Made by a program: the position numbers and the translations under genes. Below are positions 30,417 to 40,922 of a stretch of DNA of 64,000 nucleotides, piece by piece. The notes under the pieces were generated by a model. That model saw only the letters and a list, made by a program, of their open reading frames with translations, searched no databases and had not been told where the DNA came from. The stretch comes from an uncultured Gemmatimonadales bacterium (GTDB taxonomy: Bacteria > Gemmatimonadota > Gemmatimonadetes > Gemmatimonadales > GWC2-71-9), in NCBI GenBank assembly GCA_963842945.1, contig CAWJIM010000001.1, positions 64,001-128,000 of the forward strand, written 5' to 3'. The stretch's first letter is position 1. Each line of letters begins with the position of its first letter.

Positions 30417-31955
30417 TCACCGGGAGAACCATGGTACGCGGGCCAGGATGCGGCGTGACTCCGGAATCCCCAGCTCTGCGGTGATGGCGAAGTACGCAAC
30501 TCCATAGATACCAAGGGAAAATAACGCCACGACCAGGGGATGCTGACCCTGTAGTCCCAGCTTTATCGCGCCCCCGGCGATAGCGGCTGCACCTGCCGCG
30601 CCCCACAGCCTCAGCATCAGCCGACCCGAAATTCCGGTCCTGCCGATCCGGCGATTGAGTGCCGCGCGAAGGAGGATGAACTCCACCCAGCCGGCAATCC
30701 CGGCCGAAATGGTGAGACCCGCTGCCCCCCACTTCGGGTCCAGACCCAAACGGGTCGGAAGTGGAATGGCGAACAGATACCCCAGCACGACCGTAAGAAT
30801 CACGCGGATGATGCCGAACCGGAGAGGGGTCCTGGTGTCCTGAAGGGCGTAAAAGGTGGACGCGTAGAGCCGGCCCAGGGTGGACGCGAGCAGCCCGACC
30901 GCCGATCCGGCCAGAATGCCCCAGACATACACGGTCATGCTCCGGGTAAACTGACCGGATTGATACAGCGCACCTGTGATCACGTCTCCCAGGATCAGGA
31001 ACGCTACCGCCGATGGCACCACGAAGAACGCGATCTGTCTGAGTCCGCGCTCCAGCCGGGTCCGAAGCTGGGCGGAAAGCTCACTGCCTTCTCCAGTTTC
31101 GCGAGCCATGGCCGGCAGCTCGGCCGCCGAGACCGACATGCCGAAGAGGCTCACCGGAAGGGTGTAGAGCACCTGCGCATAGGAGAGGGCCGCCACCGCG
31201 CCAGTGGGAAGCAGGCTTGCCAGCACGGTGTCGACGTAGGCACTGATCTGTACCACGCCGCGGCCTATGAACACTGGAACGAAATTCCGGATGACCGTAC
31301 GAACCGCAGCGGACTGTCGCTGCAATGTCAGCGTTAGGCCGCCGAGGACCCGAAGGACCGGCGGCAACTGAACGCCGAATTGAAGGGCACTGCCCAGCAC
31401 TGATCCCCAGGCGGTGTACTCCGCCAGCTCATAGCCGTGCACCGAGCGGCCGAATGCGATCAACGTGACGATGATCGCGATGTTCCACAGCACCGGCGCG
31501 GTGTAGGAGAGAAAAAAACGGCGATGGCTGTTCAGTACCCCGAGACACCAGGCCGACAGGACCAGCAGACCGGCTCCTGGAAAGAGGATTCGGACCAGCC
31601 GAATGGTGATCTCTCGCTTCTGACCGGAGAATCCCGGGGCGATCAGCGCGATGAGGGCGGGCGTAGCCAAGACGCCCAGCAGCACTAAAACCGCCGAGGC
31701 CAGGGCGAGCAGGGTGAACACCGCACCCGCCAGGCGGCGGGCTTCCTCTTCCTCTTCGCGGCCGAGCAGCCGGGCGTAGACTGGAATGAACGAGGCGGAG
31801 AGAACCCCTTCTCCGAACAGGTTCTGCAAAAAGTTGGGAATCCTGAACGCCGCGTTGAAGGCATCTGCGGCGTCGGAGGTGCCGAAGAAGTGGGCGAAGA
31901 CCCGGTTGCGAACCAGGCCCAGGATGCGGCTCAGCAGGATTCCAGCGGCCACCAT
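30417..31955 (-). CDS. murJ: Lipid II flippase MurJ
   Basis: LSRILGLVR, AFRIPNFLQNLFGEGVLSASFIPV and FYALQDTRTP. Confidence 0.96.
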   Translation of the reverse strand: MVAAGILLSRILGLVRNRVFAHFFGTSDAADAFNAAFRIPNFLQNLFGEGVLSASFIPVYARLLGREEEEEARRLAGAVFTLLALASAVLVLLGVLATPALIALIAPGFSGQKREITIRLVRILFPGAGLLVLSAWCLGVLNSHRRFFLSYTAPVLWNIAIIVTLIAFGRSVHGYELAEYTAWGSVLGSALQFGVQLPPVLRVLGGLTLTLQRQSAAVRTVIRNFVPVFIGRGVVQISAYVDTVLASLLPTGAVAALSYAQVLYTLPVSLFGMSVSAAELPAMARETGEGSELSAQLRTRLERGLRQIAFFVVPSAVAFLILGDVITGALYQSGQFTRSMTVYVWGILAGSAVGLLASTLGRLYASTFYALQDTRTPLRFGIIRVILTVVLGYLFAIPLPTRLGLDPKWGAAGLTISAGIAGWVEFILLRAALNRRIGRTGISGRLMLRLWGAAGAAAIAGGAIKLGLQGQHPLVVALFSLGIYGVAYFAITAELGIPESRRILARVPWFSR

Positions 31956-31981
31956 GGCCGCAGGACGAACCCGCTTGGCGG

Positions 31982-32266
31982 TCAGGGCCGTGGCTGGGGA
32001 GGAAGGGTTGGGCGGCGCTGCGCGGGATCCTCCAATAACCGCTGCAGGAATGCGTTCTCGTCCTGAAGCGTCTGTACGCTGCGCGCCAAATCATCGATCT
32101 CGGCTTCCAGCAGCTCGACCTTCTTAGCCAGATCGGAGAGAGCCGGTGGAGTCTGCTGAGGTCCCTCCAGTCGGCGGGCGAGGGCCCGACCTATGGGAGA
32201 GTCCACCACGATGCCCATGATGGGGATGAGAAGTGCGACGAGTAGAATCAACGCAATGACCGACAT
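31982..32266 (-). CDS. Small membrane-anchored coiled-coil protein
   Basis: N-terminal TM helix, then heptads (LAKKVELLEAEIDDLARSVQTLQDENAFLQRLL); fits operon spacing. Confidence 0.7.
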   Translation of the reverse strand: MSVIALILLVALLIPIMGIVVDSPIGRALARRLEGPQQTPPALSDLAKKVELLEAEIDDLARSVQTLQDENAFLQRLLEDPAQRRPTLPPQPRP

Positions 32267-32275
32267 TGGTCGAGT

Positions 32276-33805
32276 CTACGACGGGTGCAGGGCCCCTTCA
32301 AGGGCCGCGGCATACCAGGCTTCGATGCTCTCGCTCAATTCTTCGAGCAACGTCGGGCCATAACGGGCCAGGAATGAGGCTATGGTCAGGAGCCGTTCCT
32401 GCGGTTGCCCCTCGGGAAGCACAAGGGCGCGAGCTCGGGCGAGCTGTCCCAGCTCGACTTCCTGTCTCCGCTTCAAGTGCTGGACCAGCTTCTTCTCGAC
32501 GTCTTTGAGCGCGGCGAGCGCCTGATTCTTGGTTCCCTGCACCGACTTGGTCAGCGTCGGATCGATCTCGGTCGCTCCCCGAGCCAGTCGGTCGTAGCCC
32601 GCGATCAGCTCCTCCTGAAGTGACTGCAGTGTGCGGGTGACGGAGTCGGGCAGCTGAGACCTCACCAGTCTGGCCTCGAGCGCCCCGGGAGGCTCCAGAA
32701 GTTCGAGGAGATCGATACCGAATTTCTCCAGGATCCGGTCGACCTTCGGCTCCACGATCACCCCTGACCAGCGGGGTAGAACCGTCTGTCGCGGAACCCG
32801 CATCCGCTCATAGATCGGCGGCGTGAGGGCAAGGTATTTGAGCTCCCCGGGGCCACCAAGATAGGCCACCGTGGGTAACAGGGCGCTCTCCACAACCGGT
32901 CGGAGCAGCACATTGGGCGACAGCCGCTCCGGCTCGGCAGCGGCAATGCGCTGGAGCGCCTCGAGATCGTAGCGTTGCCGGCCCCGGCGGGTGATATAGC
33001 TGCCGTCGTCCAGGAGCAGTCGATCTCTTCCCATCGGCCCCTCCAGCATGACCAGCGTAGCACCGTCCCCAACCGGAACTCCTGGATCCATCCCGAGGGT
33101 CATCAGCTCGTGCGCTCGATGCTCCAGATCCGCGTCCAGCTCTTGCGCCAGTCCCAGCGCCCGGATGAGCAGGCGTGCCGCTGCCCGTTTCACCGCTGGA
33201 TGAGTGCTCTGGAGACAGACGATACCTACTGGGGCGAGCAATTCAGCCAATGCTCCGGCAAAGCCGGCGGCAAGGCTGACTTCCGGCCGATAGTGCCGGC
33301 GCAGCCAGTCAACGGTCCAGGTGCGAAACTCGGAGGCGGGTAGATCGGCGGCGAAAGTGTCCAGCATCTCCCAGATCTTGCCGCCCAGCTGCTCGCGATA
33401 CAGCGGTGTGAGCGGCGCATCCGGCGGTCGGGGAGGAAGAGATATGTTGCGGACCCCACCATCGCCGGTGATCCAGCTGGTGTGGCTTGCCTCGGCAAAG
33501 TCGTGGTCGTCTCCAGCCACCCAGAACACCGGAACAACCGGCCGTTGCCACTGCCGTTCCATTATTCGGGCCAGCGCAGCGGTCGATAGTGCCTTGTAAA
33601 TGGTGTACAGCGGACCGGTGAACAATCCGGGCTGCTGGCCGGTGGTCACCACCAACGCACCAGGCTCTGTCAGGCGACCCAGTGCCGAGTCTCGGGCAGG
33701 ACTCGCCACAAAGGCTTCGGCCAGGGCCGGATCGAAGGCTCCTTCTCTGACTGAGGGGAACTCCGCGATCGAGCCCAGTGGCGTCGGTACCAGGCGCAAC
33801 GTCAT
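32276..33805 (-). CDS. bshC: Bacillithiol biosynthesis cysteine-adding enzyme
   Basis: VTTGQQPGLFTGPLYTIYKA, PVFWVAGDDHDFAE, SPNVLLRPV, YLGGPGELKY and PQER. Confidence 0.95.
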   Translation of the reverse strand: MTLRLVPTPLGSIAEFPSVREGAFDPALAEAFVASPARDSALGRLTEPGALVVTTGQQPGLFTGPLYTIYKALSTAALARIMERQWQRPVVPVFWVAGDDHDFAEASHTSWITGDGGVRNISLPPRPPDAPLTPLYREQLGGKIWEMLDTFAADLPASEFRTWTVDWLRRHYRPEVSLAAGFAGALAELLAPVGIVCLQSTHPAVKRAAARLLIRALGLAQELDADLEHRAHELMTLGMDPGVPVGDGATLVMLEGPMGRDRLLLDDGSYITRRGRQRYDLEALQRIAAAEPERLSPNVLLRPVVESALLPTVAYLGGPGELKYLALTPPIYERMRVPRQTVLPRWSGVIVEPKVDRILEKFGIDLLELLEPPGALEARLVRSQLPDSVTRTLQSLQEELIAGYDRLARGATEIDPTLTKSVQGTKNQALAALKDVEKKLVQHLKRRQEVELGQLARARALVLPEGQPQERLLTIASFLARYGPTLLEELSESIEAWYAAALEGALHPS

Positions 33806-34518
33806 GCGACCTGTCCCATGATAATGGTGCGGGGAGACGCCGGGTTGAATGGTGCGGCATCGTAGTTACCAAAACGTTGCCGAATTTCGACGCCGGCGCT
33901 CTCCATCATGTGGGAGATCTGGTCGGGCTCGAACAGCCGCACCCGCTCCTGATACTGCCGACCCGCCGGCGCCTGAATCTGCTTGCACACATATCGGCCA
34001 TCGGGAGACACCGATCGGGTGACTCGAACAGCGTGCCCGCCCAGCTCCAGTGTTTCCTGGGGCACCAACTGGCGCCGAACCGCCGCGGGATTCAGGAAGT
34101 CGATCACGAACCAGCCACCAGGTCGCAAAGTGGAGATCATCTCCCGCAGGGCCATGACGTGCTCGGCGTCACGCTCGAAATATCCGAAGCTGGTAAAGAG
34201 ATTGACCGTGAGGTCCATCGAACCCGGGCGGACGGGGAGCCGGCGCATGTCTGCCCGGATGAGGGGTGCCGTGCTGACTTTGCGAGCGATTCGCAGCAGC
34301 GTCGCCGAGAGATCGAGCCCAAAGCAACAGGCTCCAGCCTGCACGAATGCGCGGGCATGGCGTCCGGCACCACAGGCTACATCCAGAACCCGCCACCCCG
34401 GGCGAAGGCCGACGGACTGGCTGATGAGCGCCACGGCGCGGGCCGCGTCGGCTTCGTCACGATGAGGATACAAGCGGAGGTAGTCTTCACCGAACCACTC
34501 TTCGAACCATTCGGTCAT
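33802..34518 (-). CDS. Class I SAM-dependent methyltransferase (NmbA-like candidate)
   Basis: WFEEWF...LYPHRD, VLDVACGAGRH, ADMR, NLFTSFGYF and LRPGG; overlaps the bshC start. Confidence 0.85.
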   Translation of the reverse strand: MTEWFEEWFGEDYLRLYPHRDEADAARAVALISQSVGLRPGWRVLDVACGAGRHARAFVQAGACCFGLDLSATLLRIARKVSTAPLIRADMRRLPVRPGSMDLTVNLFTSFGYFERDAEHVMALREMISTLRPGGWFVIDFLNPAAVRRQLVPQETLELGGHAVRVTRSVSPDGRYVCKQIQAPAGRQYQERVRLFEPDQISHMMESAGVEIRQRFGNYDAAPFNPASPRTIIMGQVA

Positions 34519-34985
34519 GACTCGCGGGCCTTATGGTACGGCTCTCGGCGAAGAATCGTATAGGCTCGATAGAGCTGCTCGCACAGAATGACCCGGGCGA
34601 GCTCATGGGGAAACGTCAGCGGCCCCAGACTCCAACGGGCCGATGCCCGCGCGATTACCGAGGAATCGAGGCCGGAGGAGCCTCCGATCAAAAAGGCGAG
34701 CGGCCGGGCCTGCAGCAGCCAGCGGTCGAGCTGACGGGCGAGTTCGCTGCTGGACCAGCCTATGCCCTCCCGCGCCAGGGCCACAACCGTACTGCCATCA
34801 GGGATCTTCACCTTCAGCCTCACTGCCTCCTCCGCTTGTTGGGCTGAGGTGGTGGGAGCCCGGCTGGCCTCGCGGACCTCCTGCTCCCGAACGTGAGCGT
34901 AGCGTCGGAGCCGGCGAATGTAGTCGTCAGCAGCTTGGCGGTAGTACGGCCGGAGCTTCCCAACCGCTACGATCTCGATGTCCAC
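34515..34985 (-). CDS. rlmH: 23S rRNA pseudouridine-1915 N3-methyltransferase
   Basis: AVGKL, FLIGGSSG and SLGPLTFPHELARVILCEQLYRA..I....PYHK. Confidence 0.96.
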   Translation of the reverse strand: MDIEIVAVGKLRPYYRQAADDYIRRLRRYAHVREQEVREASRAPTTSAQQAEEAVRLKVKIPDGSTVVALAREGIGWSSSELARQLDRWLLQARPLAFLIGGSSGLDSSVIARASARWSLGPLTFPHELARVILCEQLYRAYTILRREPYHKARES

Positions 34986-35050
34986 GCGTTAGGTCCATGC
35001 CTCCCGTCTTCCCTGCTACCCCGCGGCCGATCTGCCCCGCTGCCGCGCTA

Positions 35051-36355
35051 TCAGGCATACATCCCTCTGAGCCGGTGCACCGCAGCGACCCGCTCGATGG
35101 CCTGCATGTACGCCCCAATCCGCATATTGATGCCGTGCCGGCCGGCCATGGAGGCGACTTCCTCGAAGGATTGCACCATGATGCGTTCCAATCGCTGGTT
35201 CACGGTGTCTTCGTCCCAGAAGTATCCCCCGCGGTCCTGAACCCATTCGAAGTAGCTGACGGTGACGCCTCCCGCATTGGCCAGGATATCGGGGATGACG
35301 AACACCCCGTTTTCTTCCAAGATCTTGTCCGCGCCGGCAGTGGTGGGGCCGTTGGCGCCCTCGCAAATGATCCGAGCCTTGATGTCGCCCGCGTTGTGGC
35401 TGGTGATCACATTCTCCAGCGCAGCCGGCACCAGGACGTCGCAGTCCAGGGTGAGCAGTTGCTCGTTGGTAATTTTTTCGGCCTCGGGATAGCCGCTCAG
35501 GAACCGGTGTTGCCTGACGTGCTGAATCACCTCGCGGACCCGCAGGCCCTTGGGGTTGTAGATCCCGCCCGACTTGTCGCTGACCGCGATGATCTTCATG
35601 CCCTGCTGCTCCATCAGCGCCGCAGAGACTGAGCCCACATTGCCGAACCCCTGGACCGCCACCCTGGTGCCCTGCACCGGCATTCTGAGGCGATTGAGTG
35701 CCTGGCGGGTGACGAGCATGCACCCCCGTCCCGTCGCCTCTCGGCGGCCGAGCGAGCCGCCCATTTCGACCGGCTTCCCGGTTACCACCGCGGTGACCGT
35801 GTGCCGCTTGTGCATGGAGTAGGTGTCCATGATCCAGGCCATCACCCGCTCATTGGTGTTCATATCGGGGGCGGGAACGTCGGAATCGGGTCCCAGGACC
35901 TCGATAATGGCCGAGGTATATCGGCGGGTGACTCGCTCCAGCTCGACATTGGACATGCTTGCCGGATCGCAGACTACGCCGCCCTTGGAACCACCGAAGG
36001 GGATGTTCACGACGGCGCATTTCCAGGTCATCCACGCCGCCAGCGCTTTCACCTCGTCCAGGGTCACGTTGAGATCGAAACGGATGCCGCCTTTGGCGGG
36101 CCCGCGCGACGTGTTATAGAGCACCCGGTAGCCGGTGTAGACGTCCACATCGCCGTTGTCCCGGAGAATGGGCACCGAGACGATTATCTGTTTTTCCGGG
36201 CTGCGGAGCACCTTGTACAGACCAGGGTCGAGATTCAGCCGCTGGGCCGCGTAGTCGAAGCGGGACATCATCGCCTCGAATGGATTCTCCTCGGCGAGGA
36301 ACTTGTCTTTATCGGGGCGGATGAGGTCTTGATTGGGACGGCTGACGGTGGTCAT
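35051..36355 (-). CDS. gdhA: Glu/Leu/Phe/Val dehydrogenase (glutamate dehydrogenase)
   Basis: [38 protein letters not shown] and [12 protein letters not shown]. Confidence 0.95.
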   Translation of the reverse strand: MTTVSRPNQDLIRPDKDKFLAEENPFEAMMSRFDYAAQRLNLDPGLYKVLRSPEKQIIVSVPILRDNGDVDVYTGYRVLYNTSRGPAKGGIRFDLNVTLDEVKALAAWMTWKCAVVNIPFGGSKGGVVCDPASMSNVELERVTRRYTSAIIEVLGPDSDVPAPDMNTNERVMAWIMDTYSMHKRHTVTAVVTGKPVEMGGSLGRREATGRGCMLVTRQALNRLRMPVQGTRVAVQGFGNVGSVSAALMEQQGMKIIAVSDKSGGIYNPKGLRVREVIQHVRQHRFLSGYPEAEKITNEQLLTLDCDVLVPAALENVITSHNAGDIKARIICEGANGPTTAGADKILEENGVFVIPDILANAGGVTVSYFEWVQDRGGYFWDEDTVNQRLERIMVQSFEEVASMAGRHGINMRIGAYMQAIERVAAVHRLRGMYA

Positions 36356-36382
36356 ATCGCTCCGGTACGCTCCGAAAGATGT

Positions 36383-37423
36383 TTACAGTCGCTCCACTGG
36401 GGTGACGACGGTATCCAGCGCGGCGGCAATCTCCTCACCGCCCTCCTCCCAGTGAAGATCCAGCATTGCCACCAGCGGCTCCGGCACCGAGCTAGGCCAG
36501 CGGTTTCGCAGCTTGACGGCATCCTTCTGAGTGATCACCACATGATCCGCCCGCCGGGCCGCGTGGGCCAACCAGGCCACATCCTCGTCGCGGTAGTCAT
36601 GATGATCTTTCCAGGTGGCCACCTGCACCGCCGCGCCGGTTGCCTTGGTCTGCGCCACAAAAGCGTCCGGGTCCGCTATCCCGGACGCCGCCACCACCCG
36701 TTTCCCGGCCAGGCTTGAAGCCGGATGGCGAAGTCCGCTGACCATGCCCTCCACGTACTGCAGGCCCAGATGAGCGATAGCGACCGGGCCCTTTATCCTG
36801 GTTTGCAGGTCGGCGGCCAGGGTGAGGGCCGCCTCCGGCGTCGCCCGCTTTCTGGTCACGACTACCGCATCGGCCCGTTCCAATGCCCGGAGACCTTCGC
36901 GCCAAGGACCCGCCGGCAGTGGCCAGCGGACGGCGCGGGTAGTTTCGGCGCTCACCACCGCGATATTCAGGTCCCGCCGCACGTCCAGCCGCTGATACGC
37001 GTCGTCCAGCACTAGTACTTGGGCTCCACGTGCGAGCGCACGCTCGGCACCGGCCGCCCGGTCCGGATCGGCGACGACCTGGGCCTCCGGAACGGCATGC
37101 TGGTGCACCAGCACCTCGTCGTTTCCGTACCCCCGCAGCAGGATCCCGGGAACCAGTCCTCGGGAGACGTAATAGCGGGCCGTCCAGATCGCGATCGGCG
37201 TCTTGCCCGATCCACCCACGGTGAGATTCCCGATGGCCACCGAGGGCAGCGGTAGATCATGCACCGCCAGCCAGCCCCGCCGATAGGCGGATTCTCTGGC
37301 GGCCATGGCCCCGCGCCAGAGTGCCGCGGCCGGAAGCAACGCCAGCCGTACCAGTCTGGCATCCGGTCTCCGGCTGGTCCAGAGCCAGCGGACTACGCGA
37401 TGGCTATCGCCTCTGCGTGCCAT
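36383..37423 (-). CDS. lpxK: Tetraacyldisaccharide 4'-kinase
   Basis: IGNLTVGGSGKTP, RGYG, LDDAYQ, LPAGPWRE, DHH and TQKDAVKL. Confidence 0.93.
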   Translation of the reverse strand: MARRGDSHRVVRWLWTSRRPDARLVRLALLPAAALWRGAMAARESAYRRGWLAVHDLPLPSVAIGNLTVGGSGKTPIAIWTARYYVSRGLVPGILLRGYGNDEVLVHQHAVPEAQVVADPDRAAGAERALARGAQVLVLDDAYQRLDVRRDLNIAVVSAETTRAVRWPLPAGPWREGLRALERADAVVVTRKRATPEAALTLAADLQTRIKGPVAIAHLGLQYVEGMVSGLRHPASSLAGKRVVAASGIADPDAFVAQTKATGAAVQVATWKDHHDYRDEDVAWLAHAARRADHVVITQKDAVKLRNRWPSSVPEPLVAMLDLHWEEGGEEIAAALDTVVTPVERL

Positions 37424-38049
37424 GCGTCGGTCCGGCAGAGCTGAGCAAGACTGGCTGAAGCGCGGGCGACACCTTCGGCAAGGCCATCGTCTCCTTGGTT
37501 GACTTCGAACGGGATTCCATAGGTGACCTGCACCCGGGCGAACGGCCGGGGAATCATGAAACGATCCCAAGAATGTAACCGCCAGGCCGGGTCGGACTCG
37601 GCGTGGACCGGAATAACAATGGCATTCCCGCGCTGTGCTGCGGCAATGACACCGGGTTTGAGCTCGCGCCGAGGCCCCCGAGGTCCATCCGGGGTAAAAG
37701 CCACGGACCGGCCGGCGCGGAGCTCTCGCACCGCTGCCAGCAAGGCTCGAGCACCACCCCGGGTGCTCGAGCCGTAGAGTGCCCGGTAGCCGAGCGAGGT
37801 GGCAAAATCAGCCAGGTACTGCCCATCCCGCGCCTCGCTGACCACGATGGCAACGCCCTGGCCCCGGTGTTGCCAAAGCAGCGGGAGCAACGTTTCGTGC
37901 CAGAGCAGGTATACGTGGGGCCGGCGCGCCAGATATATCTCGCGCCAGCGCTCCTCGTGATGCAGCTCGATCCGCCAGGATGAGGCCAACACCTTCATCG
38001 CAGGACCCGCTACCAGGCGAGCCGCTCGGGGGGAGAGCCTCAGTCGCAC
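37393..38049 (-). CDS. DUF374 lysophospholipid acyltransferase (LpxJ-like)
   Basis: WH, S..RDG, GSSTRGG, TPDGPRGPR and SWDRF.IPRPF. Confidence 0.88.
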   Translation of the reverse strand: MRLRLSPRAARLVAGPAMKVLASSWRIELHHEERWREIYLARRPHVYLLWHETLLPLLWQHRGQGVAIVVSEARDGQYLADFATSLGYRALYGSSTRGGARALLAAVRELRAGRSVAFTPDGPRGPRRELKPGVIAAAQRGNAIVIPVHAESDPAWRLHSWDRFMIPRPFARVQVTYGIPFEVNQGDDGLAEGVARASASLAQLCRTDAWHAEAIAIA

Positions 38050-39174
38050 GGTCTGAGCAGCTCACCGGCCAGCGCAACAACCCGGTTCGACGCCCCGGGG
38101 TCGCCGAGACGCTCCCGCACCAGAGCCAGACCTTCCCTTTGGCGGATCGTCCGTGGATCGGCCGGGTCGAGCAGCGGCCGAAGCTGCGCGGCCAGCTCAT
38201 CGGCGGAAGCACGGTCCTGCAGTACCTCCGGCACGATCTCTCGATCCGCAACCAGATTGACCAGGCTCACCCACTTCACGGTCCGCACCCGCTGAAAAAC
38301 CTTCCAGCTGAGCTGATGAACTTTGTAGGCGACCACCATGGGAGTTCCCGCCAGCGCCGCCTCGAGCGTCGTGGTTCCCGACTTCACCAGCGCAGCATCG
38401 GCCGCAGCCAGTAACGTTGCGGTGTCCTCTCGAACGACTTCGAGGCCGTCCGGATCGGGATAGATGCCGTGTGCCGTGCCCGCTACGAGTACTCGGTCAC
38501 AACTTCCGTCCCCGAGCAGCTGGTACGCCGCGTCTCGAAACGGTTTCCAGAGTCTCCTGATCTCCTGGCTGCGACTTCCGGGGAAGATCGCCAGAGTCCG
38601 GCTTGCGCTCGGGATGCCCAATCGGGCCCGAGCCTCCTGGCGCGCGGGGCCAGGAGGCCGATCCACCAGCGGGTGACCCACGTAATCGCTCCTGACTCCG
38701 AGGCCGTTGAAAAACAGCTGCTCGAAGGGCAGCACAACCGCCAGGCGATCCACTGCCGCCGCGAGCCGGCGGGCTCGTTCCGGGCGCCAGGCCCAGAGCT
38801 GCGGTGCGATATAGTACAGGACCTTGGTCCCCGCGCGATGGGCCGCTTCCGCCACCCGGAGATGAAAACCCGGATAGTCCACCAGTATCGCCAGATCGTA
38901 GCGGCCTACCCGGAAGTCTCCCTGCAGCGCGCGCAGCAGGCGATAATGGGCGCGGATCTTGGTGACAATCTCGACAACGCCGAATGCCGCCAGGCCTTCC
39001 ATGGGATAGCGGATGTTGGCCCCGGCATCTTCCATATGGGGTCCGCCCAGGGCCTCTATGGTTATCGCCGGGATAGCGCTCTGCCAGCGCGCGAACCACA
39101 GGGGCTGCATGCAGGTCTCCGGACGGTTCACCGGCGGAGACGAAGATGCGAGGCGTGCCCCGCTGCAGCATCAA
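38040..39174 (-). CDS. lpxB: Lipid-A-disaccharide synthase (indel near 39065)
   Basis: AGEPSGDLH, DYPGFHL, YIAPQLWAWR, VGHPL, PGSRSQE and SGTTTLE. Confidence 0.96.
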
Positions 39175-40149
39175 TGGGTGGAGGCGGCCAGCGGCTGGGT
39201 GCGGACCGCATCCGCAACCCGCAGGGCGAGTGCCAGGGCCGCGCGGCCTTCCTCCCCGCGAACCACGACCTCGCGTTGGCCGCGAACGGCGTGCACAAAG
39301 CTCTGAAGCTCCAGCGCCAGCGCATCGGCCTCGGGAGCTTCCAGGACGATGCGCTCCACCACGTCGGCGAGCTCCCGCCCCGTTCCAGGCTGCCAGCCGT
39401 TACGCACCCGCATGAATTCGCCGCCCCCGCTCGCCAGATCGAGAGAGAGATAGCCATTGGGCTGAAAGAGCCGGAGCCGCCGGATCTCGTTCGCGGGCCA
39501 CCCGTGAGGCGGTCGCTAGGGCCACGGCGCCGTTGGCGAACTCGACCCGGGCATTGGCTAGATCCAGATGCGACGAGAGCACCGAGATACCCGATGCTCT
39601 CACCTCAGTGGCCATGCCGCCGCCGGTCAAGTGAAGAACAAGGTCAAGGTCGTGAATCATCAGATCCAGGACCACGGCTACGTCGGTGCCCCGCGGCTGG
39701 AAGGGAGCCAGGCGCTGACTCTCGATGTACCGAGGGCCATCCAGGAATGGCTCCGCCGCCCGCAGCGCCCGGTTATAGCGCTCGATGTGGCCGACCTGCA
39801 GCTGAATACGCCGGCGGCGGGCGGCGGCGATCAGACGGTCGGCTTCCTCGAGCGTCGCGGCCAGAGGCTTCTCCATCAATACCGGAATCCCCAGCTCCAG
39901 GGCGCGAAGGCCCACCTCCGCGTGCACCGGTGTCGGGACGGCGATCGTGACGGCCTGGACCCGGGCCAGCAGGTCGTCCATTTCCACGAATGCCGCCGTC
40001 CTGAGCTCGGCCGCAACTTTCGCGGCGCGACCGGCGTCAATGTCGCATACCCCGACCAGACGAACCTCGTCCAACCTGGCCAGGTGCCGAGCATGATGTT
40101 GGCCGAGCGCGCCTACGCCGATGACGCCAACCGGAAGTCTGGTCCTCAC
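39171..40149 (-). CDS. Gfo/Idh/MocA oxidoreductase, GnnA-like (indel near 39490)
   Basis: GVGALGQHHAR, EKPLA, VGHIERYN and RGTDVAVVLDLMIHDLD; lies between lpxA and lpxB. Confidence 0.85.
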
Positions 40150-40922
40150 GCGGGAACACCCCGTTCACTGGACTCCACGAAAGCGAGGAAGCGCTCGACT
40201 TCGGGGATCGGCGGAAGGTCACTACGAGCTCGTTCCATGGCCTGGGAGAGGTTGAGGTCCGAGTTGAAGAAGAGACGATAGGCACGCTTTAGCGCGGCCA
40301 CGGTCTCACCGGAGAAGCCGGCCCGCTGCAGGCCGATCGAGTTGAGGCCATACAGCTCCATCGGATTCCCTACCGCTTTCACGTAAGGCGGGATGTCCTG
40401 GTTGACCCGCGATCCTCCGCCCACGAAGGCGTAGGTGCCGATGGTGACGAATTGATGGACGGCGTTGAGGCCACTGAGAATGGCCCGGTCGTGGATGGTG
40501 ACGTGCCCGGCACACTGGGTGGCATTGGCAATCACGACGTCATCACCGATATGGCAGTCATGGGCCAGATGCACGTAGGTCATGATGAAGCAGCGCGCGC
40601 CTACGGTGGTCTTGAACGTGGCGGTGGTGCCCCGATTGATCGTGGAGTATTCGCGGATGATGGTGCCTTCGCCCACCTCGACCCAGGTTTCTTCTCCCTG
40701 ATACTTGAGATCCTGGGGGTCGCCACCGAGGATCGAGCCGTCACCTACGTACACATCGTCAGCCAGCCGCACGTTGCGCTGGAGAGTTACCCGAGGGCCG
40801 AGCCGGCAACCGTCGCCCACCAGGACGTTGGGTCCGATGATGGTGTACGGCCCTACGGCCACTCCCTTGCCCAGCTCGGCAGAGGGATCGATGAGTGCCG
40901 TGGGATGAATGCTCGGGCTCAC
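40146..40922 (-). CDS. lpxA: UDP-N-acetylglucosamine acyltransferase
   Basis: IHPTALID, PQDLKY.GE, IREYSTINRGT, HLAHDC and VHQF. Confidence 0.97.
   Translation of the reverse strand: MSPSIHPTALIDPSAELGKGVAVGPYTIIGPNVLVGDGCRLGPRVTLQRNVRLADDVYVGDGSILGGDPQDLKYQGEETWVEVGEGTIIREYSTINRGTTATFKTTVGARCFIMTYVHLAHDCHIGDDVVIANATQCAGHVTIHDRAILSGLNAVHQFVTIGTYAFVGGGSRVNQDIPPYVKAVGNPMELYGLNSIGLQRAGFSGETVAALKRAYRLFFNSDLNLSQAMERARSDLPPIPEVERFLAFVESSERGVPA

Noticed and set aside
38469..39950. Long antisense ORFs (e.g. 493 aa here, also 42192..43238 and 19200..20285)
   Set aside because: They lie opposite well-supported genes and have no motifs; expected in high-GC DNA.
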